The notes under the pieces: generated by a model
What the model saw: only the letters and a program-made list of their open reading frames with translations
Database searches by the model: none
Told to the model about the DNA's origin: nothing
Part shown: positions 41,354 through 55,620 of the stretch, piece after piece
Layout: every line of letters starts with the position of its first letter
How positions within the stretch are numbered: the first letter of the stretch is position 1
NCBI RefSeq assembly: GCF_006345805.1
Contig: NC_043000.1
Location: forward strand, 163,184,001-163,248,000
Length of the DNA stretch: 64,000 nucleotides
Source: Octopus sinensis
Lineage: Eukaryota
Direction of reading: 5' to 3'
Position numbers and translations under genes: made by a program

Positions 41354-41627
41354 GTTAACATATATAAGCCACAACGGAATATAGATACAGCCACTATCAA
41401 TCAATAAATAAGAACGGACACTTAAAGATATTTATACATGCTATTGATTTGGAAAATATTTCCCACCATTTCGCAAATCTTTTTTCCAAAATATATATCT
41501 ATATGTCTGCATACACACACGGACGCGCGACCATACAAACAGCTGAAGACACTCAAAAGAAAACAGTTCAAACTCATACACAACAAACGAAGGGAAGACC
41601 TTAATTCCTTAATATAATTCTTAACAT

Positions 41628-41956
41628 TAAAAAAAGACTCCGCCGGTTACGACGACGAGGGTCCCAGCTGATACGATCAACGGAACAGCTTGCTCGTGAA
41701 ATTAACGTGCAAATGGCTGAGCATTCCACAGACACGTGTACCCTTAACGTAGTTCTCGGGGATAATCAGCGTGACACAGAGAGTGACAAGGCTGACCCTT
41801 TGAAATACAAGTACAACTCATTTTTGCCAGCTGAGTGGACTGGAGCAACGTGAAATAAAGTGTCTTGCTCAAGGACACAACGCGTCGCCGGGAATCGAAC
41901 TCACAACCTTACGATCATGAGCCGAATGCCCTAACCACTAAGCCACGCGCCCTCAC
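41628..41956 (-). mobile_element. tRNA-derived SINE of a third family, with 12-bp TSD
   Basis: A box TGGCTTAGTGG, B box GAGTTCGATTCC; TSD AATTCTTAACAT at 41616-41627 and 41957-41968. Confidence 0.9.
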
Positions 41957-42353
41957 AATTCTTAACATACACACCCATTAACACACGGTTGGTCACATTC
42001 CAAACATATTGAAAGGATATTCAACATAATACACAGACACACACACACACAAACACACAAACACACATACCGCTGGACATAAAACCCATTCAATAAATAC
42101 TTTTAAACACCCTCGGCAGGAACCCACAGAAATTTTTTAGGCAATAGGCAACTACACCCCTTCGCTTTCTCTCTAACACCTTGAACCCCATACCAAATTA
42201 TTTACATCGAACTATATTTAAAGAAGACTTTACGGAAAACTCCAGACATGTTCTAACCATCAAACAGAAGATAAATACAAACAGTTTTACAATTCCAAGT
42301 TTTTATTAATGCTTGATAAGATGAAACCGGTAATATTTCATATATATATATAT

Positions 42354-42415
<62 letters not shown>

Positions 42416-42527
42416 TTTGAAATCATTTTATTAACTTCTTTCTAAATTAAAATGTCTTAGATTTACTTCTGTGCTATTTGCACCTCCATCTTTTATATAT
42501 TAAATTTTGATTTGTGTAGATCTGTAA

Positions 42528-42575
<48 letters not shown>

Positions 42576-42594
42576 CTGTCTCTGTCTCTGTCTG

Positions 42595-42626
<32 letters not shown>

Positions 42627-43074
42627 CACACATATATGTGTATGTATGTATGTATGTATGTATGTATGTATGTATGTATGTATGTATGTATAAAAGATCT
42701 GTCATGTTTACAGAAGATTTAATGCCGGATTCGGAAGTGCAGTCTCCGGCATTTTCTATTCAAATGGATTTTTAATCCAATATTTACACGCAATTAATTA
42801 TAACTTTATCTGTTTCTTATTCCTCCCCAAAAGAATTAGTTGACCGTCTCAGATTATAAGTTCTTATAGCGTCAACAGCATGTGTGTGTTTGTGTATGTT
42901 TATATGTCTGCATATATATATATATTATATATATATATATATATTATGCATGTCTCTATGTATGTATATGTACATTACGTATGTATTTATATATATATGT
43001 ATGCGTATATATTTATATATTTATGTATATATATATGCATATTCGTATGCGTGTGTGCACGTGCACTTGTGTGA

Positions 43075-43112
<38 letters not shown>

Positions 43113-43256
43113 ATGAGTGTATTTTGTAAAACAAGCAAGAAGAACGGAACTCAATGCCTAATATATATATACTTTTTCTTGCTTTTAATCAGCAGAAGTT
43201 TACAAAGAGGTTTTCTCGAAACTCTTGGCCCTTGATACACTTTCGTAACTTTCTGC

Positions 43257-43507
<251 letters not shown>

Positions 43508-43509
<2 letters not shown>

Positions 43510-44195
43510 GAGTCTATCGTCAATATTGTCACGCCTCCTTCCTTCAAACGGGAAGGAAGAGCTATTTTCATCATCCTTGTGGCTATGGCGAAAGAATGTA
43601 TCTGGTGGACGCGTCTGAAAGGATTGGAGACAAACACTTTCCTCTCTGGTCAATCTCTCATCAACTTCTTCAAGTACCACTTGAAAAGGAAAGTGAGAGT
43701 AGAGAGGCAAGTTTTGTCTAGCGAATGTTTTAAAAAAGATGGGTGAATGTAGCAAGAATGGCACGTATGAATGACGAAGCCACCTTGAGCATAGTCCTAT
43801 GAACCCATAACGAAAACAGAGAGTTGCTTATTTGCAAAAAAAAAAAAAAAAAAAAAAAATAATATAAAATGTGACTTCATTGACCGAGGTTACCGTGGTC
43901 TTTTCCGCAGGCTTTTCTTCCACGGGTAAACCTCACCTGTCCTCCCCTTTACACTTCTATTGACATTTCTGTGATAACGATCCCTATTGATCATTTTTTT
44001 TCCTCTCCCCCCCCTTTTTTTTTTTTTTTTAAACCCCCTTATTTTTGTCCTCTTTCTCTCCTTTTACGATCCCTTTTGATCGAACACCCCCCTTCCTTTT
44101 TTTTTTTTTTTTTTTTTTTTAATACCTTCAAAAGAAAAGCTCTACCTTGTAATTTGTTCTATCTGTGTGCAGCCCTGTGTGGCTAATAAAGAAAC
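43508..44195 (+). mobile_element. 5'-truncated Tx1/L1-clade LINE 3' end
   Basis: Manual translation [38 protein letters not shown]...[17 protein letters not shown]; pyrimidine-rich 3' UTR; AATAAA at 44185. Confidence 0.7.
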
Positions 44196-44228
44196 ATATC
44201 TATATATATATATATCTATATCTTTGTG

Positions 44229-44268
<40 letters not shown>

Positions 44269-46785
44269 AAAGCATGAATGCACATAAACACATACTTACA
44301 AGCATGTACATAATTACATTTTTTCCACAGTTACTCAAATGTATTTCAACGTGTATGTTTTTGTGTGTTTTTCTTCCTATCTCTCTCCAACTTTTTGCCT
44401 AAAGTAAAGCTTATATGCTGCGCCCCGTAGTCTGCTCTCGTATCAGGAGAGTAGAAGCTTTTTCCTTCACGGCAGCCATTTGCTTCAATTTATAACCGGA
44501 AGCTTTCTATTTTGGGGGATAGATTTCTCTTTATACCAGCTCAAGTGTATCTCGTGTCTAAAATCATACCGTCAACACTTTTCTTTGTCAACATGTACGA
44601 CCTATTTAATGTATTCTTTCCTAAATAGAAGCACCTTACACATTTTTATCACCTACAACATATATATGTCAAGACTAACTCTCAAACCCTCACAACCGGG
44701 CATATACAGCTATAAATTGTGACCTTAAAACAGGAGTCAGCGAAGTAAATTTAGTGAGGCTTCGTTAGCTTAGTCACTCGATATGTTTCGATGCCATCTT
44801 CAACATACGATCTACTGTATTCCAAGTAGGTATCCCGTGTTTGAATTCTAAATTTTGAACATTTACTAAATAGGCCATAATAAGTAACACCCCATTTGAT
44901 TAGCTTTTCCGTGTCATAGATCTACTTAAGCAAGTAGCGCTCTCGTATTCTAATCTATAACAGGAACCTCGAAAATATCTTGAGGCAAAGGGCTTGGTAT
45001 GCAATTCAAATGAATATCAAAAGTCAAGCATTTCTCATCTCATACAAACAAAATTTTAGAACCGTCTCCTCCCCTAATAGTTACAAATATGCAGACAAAC
45101 TTAAAACTTTTTAAATATTGTGCTTCACAATCTCCTAAAGTATTTCATAGTAATTGCACATATTTTGCACAGCCAAGACTATAATTACAAATTTTAGAGG
45201 TGAGCTATACCACACAAAGTATTGATCTACCGTCAAGTGAAAAGATTTATCGTTTTCACTCAGGATTAAAGTGGTGTTACAGGAATAGGAACCAAGTCCC
45301 GGCCTTGGTTGTGCAGAATATTACTCCTTACTCTGCAAAACATGAATTGTAATCAGTTATTCTATTACGTTGTCTCAAAACCGAAATTCGTAGAGGGACA
45401 AAGCAAACTTTGATGACACTCCTGCCTTTCCCTGAGAACAGTGAATCAACAAATGAAACTGTCTTTCGAAAACTTTTCGAAAAGTGGTTTGCTGAAAGAG
45501 ATCGCAGGAAGATTTGCTTCTTGTTGAAATACACTTGGCATACAAGTGTTCCGTAATTTAAAGGGAGCTGAAGTAGATATAAAAGAAAGAAGGAAAAGAG
45601 GATCGGAAATACGGTAACAAAAAGACTTTGCATATATTCGTTAATTTTAGGAAAGCATACTGTTCGGGTTTAGGGTGCAGACTGAAGACTGTATAGAAAA
45701 GAAAAGAAAAGAAAAAGAAAACTTTCTTTTTTTATTTATACATTTACATATCAATATTATCACCTTCAATGTCCCATCTTAAATACTAGCGGCTAAGAAA
45801 TCAAGACGTTGGGCGGAAAAGTATTTAAAGGTATCTGAAGAGAAAAAGAGCAAAAGAGAAAAAAGAACAAAGAAAAGAAAAAAGAAAAAAATTTCCTTGT
45901 TAGCCCTTCTCAAATTCATTTTTCATTTGCAATTTGAAGATTACAGTCTTATAATAGCTGAAGGGAAGGCACACGTGGTAAATAAACCTTCACACAATGT
46001 TTCCATTGCTGATTTCTGTGTGCTAATGATCATAAAGTCAAGCCTTCTGAAGACATTGGATGCTTTGCTGTATATATGCTTGAATTTTTATTTTCTCCTT
46101 TACTATTTATTTCTCTTCAAAGAAGCGATGTGAAGTGCAAGGAAATGTTGAATTAAAGGATATAGGATATTCACACAAGCTATTAAAGCACACTTTTTAC
46201 TCAGTTCTATCAACACTAATGTTTGGTGTTTGCTTGGATGTTAACATTCGTTTTTACCTTTTAGTTAGTTTTGTTGATTTTATTTTCCTTTCAAGCTACT
46301 TTCAAAAAATATGCAAGAAAGAAAACTTTATAAAACATGTAGCTAACAAGCTAAATATATTTAAGAATAAGCAGTATAAGGTTACCGAAGGTTGGCATCT
46401 TTGGTTCCTCAGCCCTTGCTAAAATATAAATTATATCTACTTCGAGTCTTCCTTAATCATAGGTGGGGACTGAAGAGTAATCGTTTGGCAAGAATGTAAC
46501 AATTAATTGCAGAAGCAGGAAAATACTGACTGTCGACACTTCTGCTACAGGTATTAACCTGCAGAATTCCAAATTGAACATCAATCACCATGGCAGTTCC
46601 TCACTCTCGAGTCTACCATCTCTAGTGTCACCAAATATCTTGCAAGAGCTTGTCTCGTTGCTTAGTACTAACAGGATTGTATTGGTCCAGCGAGCCTTGT
46701 GCAAGCTTTGTTAGTCCTAAAATTCTGTTCGATCAATGGTCTTCTCTGTACGCGATAGAGAGTCAACTTACATGTGTGTGTGTGT

Positions 46786-46816
<31 letters not shown>

Positions 46817-47003
46817 GTGTATAAATGTACTTATTAATATTAGTTTCTAATATAAGACCGCTCCAAACATTTGGTAAAGGCGAAATATTCACAGTTGTGC
46901 GTAACTGATATCGTACCAGAAAGATAAAAGATGAAAGACAAGGTATATTAACCATCTAAGTTAATCATAGCAGCATTTGAAGAATATATATATATATATA
47001 TAT

Positions 47004-47794
47004 TTCTTTTTGTAGTTTCAGCTCAGAGCTGTGGCCATGCTGGAGCACCGCCGTTTTGCTACTCTGTTATTACATAGAGCCTCCTCTAATATGTGGCACT
47101 TGGTGAAGAATGGAGTTTGATGTAGCTACCCTAATTTGCAGCCCTTGCCGTGAGGTAGGTTCATCTGGGACTCTCAGCAAGAAGAGATCCGGCCTTGATT
47201 TGAAAACGCCTACATCCACTTTGAGCAGGTTCCTGAAGCGCTTTGGGAGAATATTAAAAAGCTGTGGTCTCGGAAATTGAGGCTGTTGCAGTAACTGGTC
47301 CTGAAGCGCAATGGCATTGCTGGGATCTTTGGCACTGTGCAATGCTAGGATCTTTGGCACTGTGCAATATCGACCCGTTCTGGCATTGGTTTAGCTTTCA
47401 ATGCCAAAATTTGACACAGTACCTTCCAGGATTTTCCAGATGTATATTACCGTATACCTCTCCCGAATAGAGTCTTAACTGTTTCAGTCTTTCCCAGTGG
47501 CTGAGCTGTTGCAAAGAGACGATCTTTTTTGTGAAGCTTCGCTGGATTGCTATAAGGTCCGCTGTTAATTTTACACTGCTGGGTGACCATAGCTGGGAGC
47601 AGTGACCCAGGGGGCTGAGGACGAATGTCCTCCAGAGGACCATCATGGTTTCCTTATTTCTGGTTCTGAATCTTCTCAGGATCAATCCAACCAGTCGTCT
47701 GCACTTTGTCGCCATCCTGGTGATGCGCACTTGGAAAGAGGTATCATCACTCATGTCGATACCCAGGTCCCTCACTGATTTAGGCTCTGGGATT
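47004..47794 (-). mobile_element. 5'-truncated CR1/L2-group LINE (RT C-terminus and 3' UTR)
   Basis: VRDLGIDMS...LWRTFVLSPLGHCSQLWSP...AIQRSFTKKI...ERLKQLRLYS and PQLFNILPK motifs; structured 3' tail at 47015-47052. Confidence 0.9.
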
Positions 47795-48057
47795 GACATT
47801 ATAACAATTTTTATGACTGCATAATGTATATAGATATGTACATTTATATATATTTATATATAAATATGTACATTTATGCAGTCATCAAAATTGTTATAAT
47901 GTCTTGTTAATGAGATAGGTTCTCTTTCTTTCCAGGTGAGATTACATTATTTTACACCGTTTATTCCTTTGGAATAAAACCAATGTTGTCTTCGAAACAT
48001 ATGTCGAAAGTAAAAGAATTTGAATAACACCTGCGTTCAACTCCATTTAATCTACTT
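47795..48057 (+). mobile_element. Penelope-type fragment: 5' palindrome plus degenerate hammerhead
   Basis: Inverted arms span 47795-47903. CTTTC-CAGGTGA...GAAAC-ATAT-GTC-GAAAG at 47928-48010 has intact stems I and III and two core mismatches. Ends in (TA)n. Confidence 0.6.
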
Positions 48058-48161
48058 ATATATATTTATGTTTATATATATATATATATATATACTATAT
48101 ATATATATATTTGTATATTATACATTTACATATATATTTGTATATATATACATTTATAATG

Positions 48162-48201
<40 letters not shown>

Positions 48202-48431
48202 TATAATATATATAATACACATACATTTATATATACATACTTTATATATATATATATATATACATACATATATATATACATACATTATATATATATATAT
48301 ATACATACATATATATATACATACATTATATATATATATTATTATATATATATATATATACATACATTTATATATACATACATTTATATATATATATATA
48401 TATATATACATACATATATTATACATACATT

Positions 48432-48482
<51 letters not shown>

Positions 48483-48652
48483 CATACATTTATATAATAC
48501 ATACATTTATATATATATATATATATTAATATAAATAATAAATATTAGGGAATAAATCCAAATTTACAGGAAAAATCTCGATAATATTTTATATATATAT
48601 ATAATATATACATACATACATTTATATATATATTATATATATATATACATAC

Positions 48653-48693
<41 letters not shown>

Positions 48694-48941
48694 ATATATA
48701 TAGTGGGCCATAGTGCCCAAATTCTGACTTGAAAGACTTCACCAGGTGGTGCTATTAAGTTAGACATGGCCTGGGCCAATATGGCCGAAACCTATCAAGT
48801 ATCAAAGTATATATATTTATATATATATATATTATATATAATATATATATATATAATATACATATACATTTATATATATATACATTTAATATATATATAT
48901 ATACATTTATATATATATATATATATTATTATATATATAAT

Positions 48942-48972
<31 letters not shown>

Positions 48973-49252
48973 CATATACATTTATATATATATACATTTA
49001 TATATATATATATAATTTATATATATATATTTGTTTATATGTATACATTTAAATGTATACATGTATAATGTATACATTTATATATATATATTTTATATAT
49101 ATATATATATAGACCATACATACATATAGATATATATTTATATATAAACATGTATATGCATATTTATATATATATATTTATATACATACATTTATATTAT
49201 ATATATTTATATGTATATACATTTATTATATTTATATATATATTTGTATATA

Positions 49253-49313
<61 letters not shown>

Positions 49314-49320
49314 CATATAC
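48057..49320. repeat. Long degenerate (TA)n tract with two short embedded non-repeat islands
   Basis: Direct inspection; islands at ~48545-48590 and ~48701-48808. Confidence 0.95.
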
Positions 49321-50098
49321 ACACTTAACATTCAGACAGACCGTCTTCTCTGCTAATTAACGTTAATTACGCATACAGACTAATTTGTGGTGACAAAACT
49401 TTAATGAAGTAATCAGAGAACGAGACAACTATTGGCACCGAACCAGCTTCAGAGAAATTGCTTTTGCAAAATTCCAGCTGTCTCATATTTTTTTTCTTTT
49501 TATAGCCAATCTTGTTAACTCCTTTTACAAACAATGAACTCACAATGTTCTTTATCCGTCTTCCCGTTTAACCCCCACATTTACTCCTTGATTGATTCAA
49601 TCGGATCTGCTCTTCTTTAAACATTGGACCACGTCGTCTGACTGATGATAATTCTGATGATCTTAGTTTGCCCAGCTCATGGTTGCTTCTTCCCTTTGCC
49701 ATAGTTTCAGGGATCGTGCAAAACTCTATAATAATTGCCCTTTCTCTGCTAATTAAGACATACGAAAAAAGCCTCCACGTGATATATACTTCGCAAATCG
49801 CTCGAAAAATGAATGCACAACCAATTCTCAGTTATTTTTATAATGTAGTGAATCAGTTAGTTCCAGGCCTTTCGTATTTGTGAATGTGTTCAATTTCTAT
49901 CAATTTTTGATTTTGGCTAATTCATTTTACAATTGCTGTTCTATACTAATTCCAGATTCACTCACCGTGGTGTATTTCATTTTATAACTATGTGAATCAT
50001 TGGGGTTTTCCAAGTAAATATACTCTACATGTATTGAATATTCTTTCTCATTTTAGTAACCTAAAATACACACATACTCATATATTTTATGGGTTGCA

Positions 50099-50137
<39 letters not shown>

Positions 50138-51905
50138 AGAGCAGCTGAATATATGTAGTAGAATTCATATTATATATGGTGGCGGGAAAAGGCAACAATG
50201 AAATTTACGGTAAGAATGAGAAACTACAGAAAGGAACTGCAAGCACACCGTGTTAGCAAAGGACAGTGACTGAAAAAATCTGTAAACCAACAGAGCAAAA
50301 ATAAAACGAGTTTTGGAGGAGAATGAAAAATATATAAATTGAAGGAACGTGTATTTGTATGCAAAGAATGCGCTTTCTATTAACGATAAAATTTAGACTT
50401 ATATTCATTGAAACAATTTGTAAAGCACTTTACAGCTGAAGTAGCTATAAAGCTAAAGAAAGAGTTAGATACCACGGTACTACACGGTGACTTAGTTTAC
50501 TGCTGTAAGTTAAGATATTTATGTAAAGTAAGTTATAGTGCAAAGTTCAACCCTATTTTCATGTTAATATTCTGAACGGTCGTTAGGAGTCTCATATTTG
50601 AAAGGCGTATCGTTAAGCCATATAGGTTCCGTATCTCGTTGTTCTTCATTCGATCCTATTGCCTAGCATCTTGGTCACGTGTATTTTCGCATAACCTCGG
50701 ATTGGCCTAACACTTGTAATGAAATGAGATGAAACGCAAGGAGGTACCAGTCGGATTGTTGTTAATCTTAAGTAGGTGCGCTAAACCGTCACCTTGTTTA
50801 ACACCACCACATGCTTTTTGTGTGTCTTTATCGAAATTCATTTTGTACTGCAACCATTCAAAGAAGATTACCCGAGTACAGAACTCGACATGAGCCATAC
50901 CACAGCAACACGTTATGGTTTTGTTCTCATATCCTCCTTCTTTTCCTGGAGTCTCTGCAAAGGTACGAGGTGCAGACCTTCCTTACCCGATAAGCTTTCA
51001 ACCTTTCAGTTTTTTAGCTCATTGTCCGAGAGATTAAATATTTGCAGATTTTGCTTCTCGCCATTTTGCGAACGTTGACCGTGTGGTGGTGGTCCAGGCT
51101 GGTCTTTACCTGCCGTGATGGCCATAAAGAAGACGGAAAACTAAAGGTCAAATCATGCAAAGTCGACTTCGTATTCATTTTTTCGTAGTTGACTAGAATG
51201 GTACCCATCCGAGGTTATGGACTGACGAAACAGTAAAAATGTCAGAGCGGATACCTTAGGCGTTTTGTTCTCGATTCAAACTCTGCTTCGGCCTTCTTAC
51301 TTACGTGGTAGACTTAATACGTCACTCGTTTTAACACTACCATCTGGCACATAGACTAGCTTTAGCGGTGCCCACCTGATGCAAGCATTCGGGGTGAAAC
51401 TCTGGTTTGAGAATACCTCCCTCCCAAGAGTTTCGAAAGCCCTGCAATATAACACACCAAAAAATACATTAAAAAAAGAAGACTAAAAAACTGTTGTTCA
51501 AAGTTTGATATAAAATATTATAGAAAGTATAACACAGTCTAGTTCAGAGTACTTAAAGTCTGACACAAAGTGTAGCCGAAGGCTTGTTACAGTATATAGT
51601 TTGTACTAATAAATAATGTAAAGTGTAGCACAGGTTGCAGTTCAAGGGTTGATATATAACAGAATACGATGCGAAGTGTAATGTATAGTTGAAAGCGTAG
51701 TGACAAGTGTACTACAAAATGTACTCATGTACTCTTGTGTACTTATATTCTGGCTTACAGTCGTTTCTACAAATACATTTATACATGAGTATAGGTCGTT
51801 TATAATATCAACATTTCTAAGTAAATATATCAATACACAAATACGCAGACAGTCGAAGACACACACGCACACGCACACGCACACGCACACGCACACACAC
51901 ACACA

Positions 51906-51936
<31 letters not shown>

Positions 51937-52725
51937 CACACACACACACACACACACAACACACACACACACACATACACACACATACAACGCAAGCACG
52001 CACACACATTTATATCACATCTGTTGAGTTATAAATTCACTATATCAATATCCACGTCTCTGGAGATGGTGAAGTTTTAGTGTTTCTGTATGTATATATA
52101 TATATATATATATATATGCCTGTATGTATGTGTATATATATATATATGTGTGTGTGTGCTGTATGTGCTTGTGTGTGCATATACAATTATGTATACATCT
52201 ATGCACATACTTGTGTGCTGTATATTTGTATGTATTGCTTACTTCCATTCACAATGACAAACACACACATACAAGCTCACCCACACGCACAAATCTCTCT
52301 CTCAATGGCAGCCATACTTCTTCCCATCCCCACCCCCACCTGCATCATAGTTATATTTACCCCACTACACCCCCACCCTCGCCATAAGCCCCTTCCATCC
52401 CACCACATCACAACTGCCGCTCAATGGTATTAAAAAAGCTGAAGGTTTGCGTTTTCACATAAATCTAACACAATGTAAATAATGCTTACAAGTTAAATGC
52501 TATTACAGTCATGTTTAAGGGGCCACTTTTCGAGAACCCTGAAATCTGGAACCTATTCTTATCTTCGTTTCAAGTCCCCTATCTGCTTCTCTCTCTCTCT
52601 CTCTCTCCCTCTCTTTAACGTACATGCGCACACACATACTCGTACACACACTGGTTCTGTTATTCGATTCTTAAAGTCTCTTTTTCCTTTACTATCCACA
52701 CTAACGTAGTATAAACGGACAAAAT

Positions 52726-52848
52726 GATGGATGGATGGATGGATGGATGGATTGATGGGTGGGTGGGTGGATGGATAGGTGGATGGATGGGTGGGTGGGT
52801 GGATGGATGGATGGGTGGGTGGGTGGACGGATGGATGGATAGATGGAT
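52726..52848. repeat. (GGAT)n/(GGGT)n microsatellite
   Basis: Direct inspection. Confidence 0.95.
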
Positions 52849-54919
52849 GTGCAGATGAAAAGGACTGACGGAATGGATATGGTGTGAGAGATGGCGAGAT
52901 AGTTTGTTGGTGAGTTAGTATATGAGTAGGTTGATTTGCTGTCTGCTGATTGTTATTTTGGTTGGTTGGTTGACTAAAAAAAATTAGTTCGTAGACCTTT
53001 GTTGAGTATTTAACGAAAAATTCTTTACTTCTATATTTCGTGATTGATATGGCTGCAGTGTGCTTAAAGTTAGCGAGAGATGAATCAGGATCAATTAATT
53101 ATAATCTCTGCATTGTTATGATAATATAGACATGTACAAGCGGTGCTCCGACGCGACTTTAGCTCTCGATTGCTAAAACTAAACAACATACACATCTCTC
53201 TGCTACACTTCGCTCTCGGTGAGAGATATTAAAAGAGTTGGTTCATTCTCATTATGTCGTACTATTTACCGTTTTCAACCGTTAAATTCTCGACACAATC
53301 AATTTTTCACCATTCTCAAAAATAACTAATGCAAACCATTGGGTAGAGTGATAATGGTTCTTAAAAAAGGTGTATATTGAGAGTGACCGCTTAAGAACTA
53401 TAGACATGCTTAACTCTTTGCCCGTTCAGAATTTATTTGTGATACAAGGGATGTATTTTCACGGCGTCCATGCATCATATATGATACACATTCACTATGT
53501 TTTCTAACTAGTAAAATAACTTGGGATTTGTAAAAGGAAAGTTTGATATTAGAACGTATAAGGAAGCGGAACTAAAACTCTGAAAACAAGCAATTTATGT
53601 TTAGGACAAACTTATGAAAATACTTTGGACAGGCAAACGGTTAAGCAGCAATGAGCAGAACTGTTCAATAGGAACAGCAAAGACAATGGAGACACAGGAA
53701 AATTGACGAGCCAATCAGGTGCTTCTTCGTAGTTATTCAACGTAATAGAAATAACAACCATTGAATCGCATTTTACCATCTTAAAAACTACGATGCTTTT
53801 GAAAATGTGATCATGGATAAATTATATCTGAATATAATAAGAGGTGATCAATAATTTCGATAAGTTTGGTTATTTAGCTGTGACCTGAGGCTAATCATCA
53901 TCATCATCATCATCAACAACAACAATTAGCTGTTCCATTAGCTTACCATCAAAAGTCCAGTTTCAACCGTGAGAAAAACCAGTGTACTTTTCACCAATGT
54001 TTTATACCTTATCGATACGTTTGCCTTATTGTTATTCCCAGCTGGTAGTGAACATTAACCCAATTGATCTTTTCTGATTTAGATAAAAGTTAATCTTTTA
54101 AGTATGACTATTTGGTCATACTTAAAATAATCGAAAGCTGTCGATGTTGTTTCATTCCAGATCAGCCCTAATCAAGTTAACCTACCATCAAAACTGTTCC
54201 AGGCGTAGCCATCCCGTTTTTTCTTCCTTTGTTTATAGTGAAGTCGCTCGTCCAAAAACATAACAAAATCTAGGTGGCGGATTTGAAACCAAAGTTGTGA
54301 CTTGATAAAGCTTAAACCTTATCAATCCACTAGATTGTTTTTATTTAGCTCCATTACGTATGAAGTGTAACATACATTCTATGTATTATAAGTTAAGAGA
54401 AGAGGGCCGTCTCAAACTGTTTATGGCCAGGTGAACGTATTCAGATCAAACAAATGTTTGTGAGAAAACAGTGGAAGCATGTTAATGTGTAGGTGTTTTT
54501 AGGAGGGCACACACATGCATTTTCACACACACAAAAGCAACTACAAACACACACACTCACACATAGGTATATACATACACGTACGCGTTCACACAACTAG
54601 ATATTTATTCTCCATTAACTCAAGACATTACACACACATACACATAGAGATAATCACCCAATTTTCTCCACTCTCTTCTTCCAACTCCCTAGCCAACCAT
54701 AGGGATGTGTGGTCAGAATGTAACGAAAGCCAAAGATATACACCTCCCAAGATATCGCGCCACTACCACCACCACCACACTACGATCGCCACTATCATCA
54801 CAACCATTCTCTCCTCTACTGCCATATCTCTGTCATCACCACAATACACTACGAGCAACACTACCACGATAACCATAGCCACCAATACAAGCCATACCTC
54901 TCAGCATTACTGGAGACCT

Positions 54920-55620
54920 TTCAAGCAGCCGTCCAAATTGCAAAAAAAAACAGCGTTCAAAGCTCTTTCAAATCGCGCCTCAATGTCTTAGTAAAAGATG
55001 AATTAGATAACGTACTCTTAGTTTTCTTTATACAGAAGGTAAAAACGGACTGGTTATAGCTGGAATGCTTTTGATCACAGGTTCATTCGTCAAGGCTACT
55101 CAAAAACCAAACAACACCCAATATCACGAACACCAGTTCTACAGACATAAGAACCACAACATAGTGGTTTTCAGCCTTTTGTAGGTCAGCGTTTCCATTT
55201 CATATGGCATTCTTCCCAATACAGAAAACCTCTACGTTGTTGCGTAAGCTGCTAAAAATGGCAGCAAAGTTCTGTCAAATCACTCGCTACCGTAAACAAT
55301 AAGACTACAAAGCATTTATTAGTCCAAGAATTAAAGCAGGGGTTGGATACAACTGGAATGTCTTTAGTCATAGAAATATTCAATTAATGTTGGCCTAAGG
55401 CTAAACAACAGCATCAGAGGTACGTCTAAATATGCTAGAAATAGCAGCAAAATCTCCCTCAAATTACAATTAATCATTTCAAACAGAGAAAGAAAGAAGT
55501 TATTTGATAATGTTGCCTTTGATATTCCCAGCGAAATGGCCACGGCTGGAATGCCTTTGACCAGAAGCCTGCTCGATTAGTACTGATCTAGAGCTAAATA
55601 CATCCAACGAAATCCTAAAC
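54920..55620 (+). repeat. Cluster of an old, abundant dispersed repeat
   Basis: Motifs TGCTAGAAATAGCAGC..AATCTCCCTCAAAT and GGCTGGAATGCCTTTGA recur about three times here. Decayed copies also occur in either orientation near 0.6, 3.2-5.3, 10.6, 12.1, 22.4, 25.3, 53.7, 56.4 and 58.1 kb. Confidence 0.65.

Larger units (their letters stand above)
40976..42340 (+). mobile_element. Penelope-like retroelement 3' relic (GIY-YIG endonuclease plus 3' region), interrupted by a SINE
   Basis: Coding remnant at 41012-41353. Terminal TTGATAAGAT-GAAAC-CG-GTA (42313-42332) resembles a decayed hammerhead. Bounded by (TA)n. Confidence 0.7.

Noticed and set aside
41880-41956. tRNA-like sequences
   Set aside because: They are SINE heads continuing into SINE bodies; no complete cloverleaf.
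48701-48808. GGCC-AATAT-GGCC-GAAAC island in the TA tract
   Set aside because: CTGANGA core and cleavage triplet are absent; at most a dead fragment.
51040-51200. LLLAILRTLTVWWWSRL...KLKVK, resembling a Tx1 C-terminus
   Set aside because: Similarity too short and decayed to call without a search.
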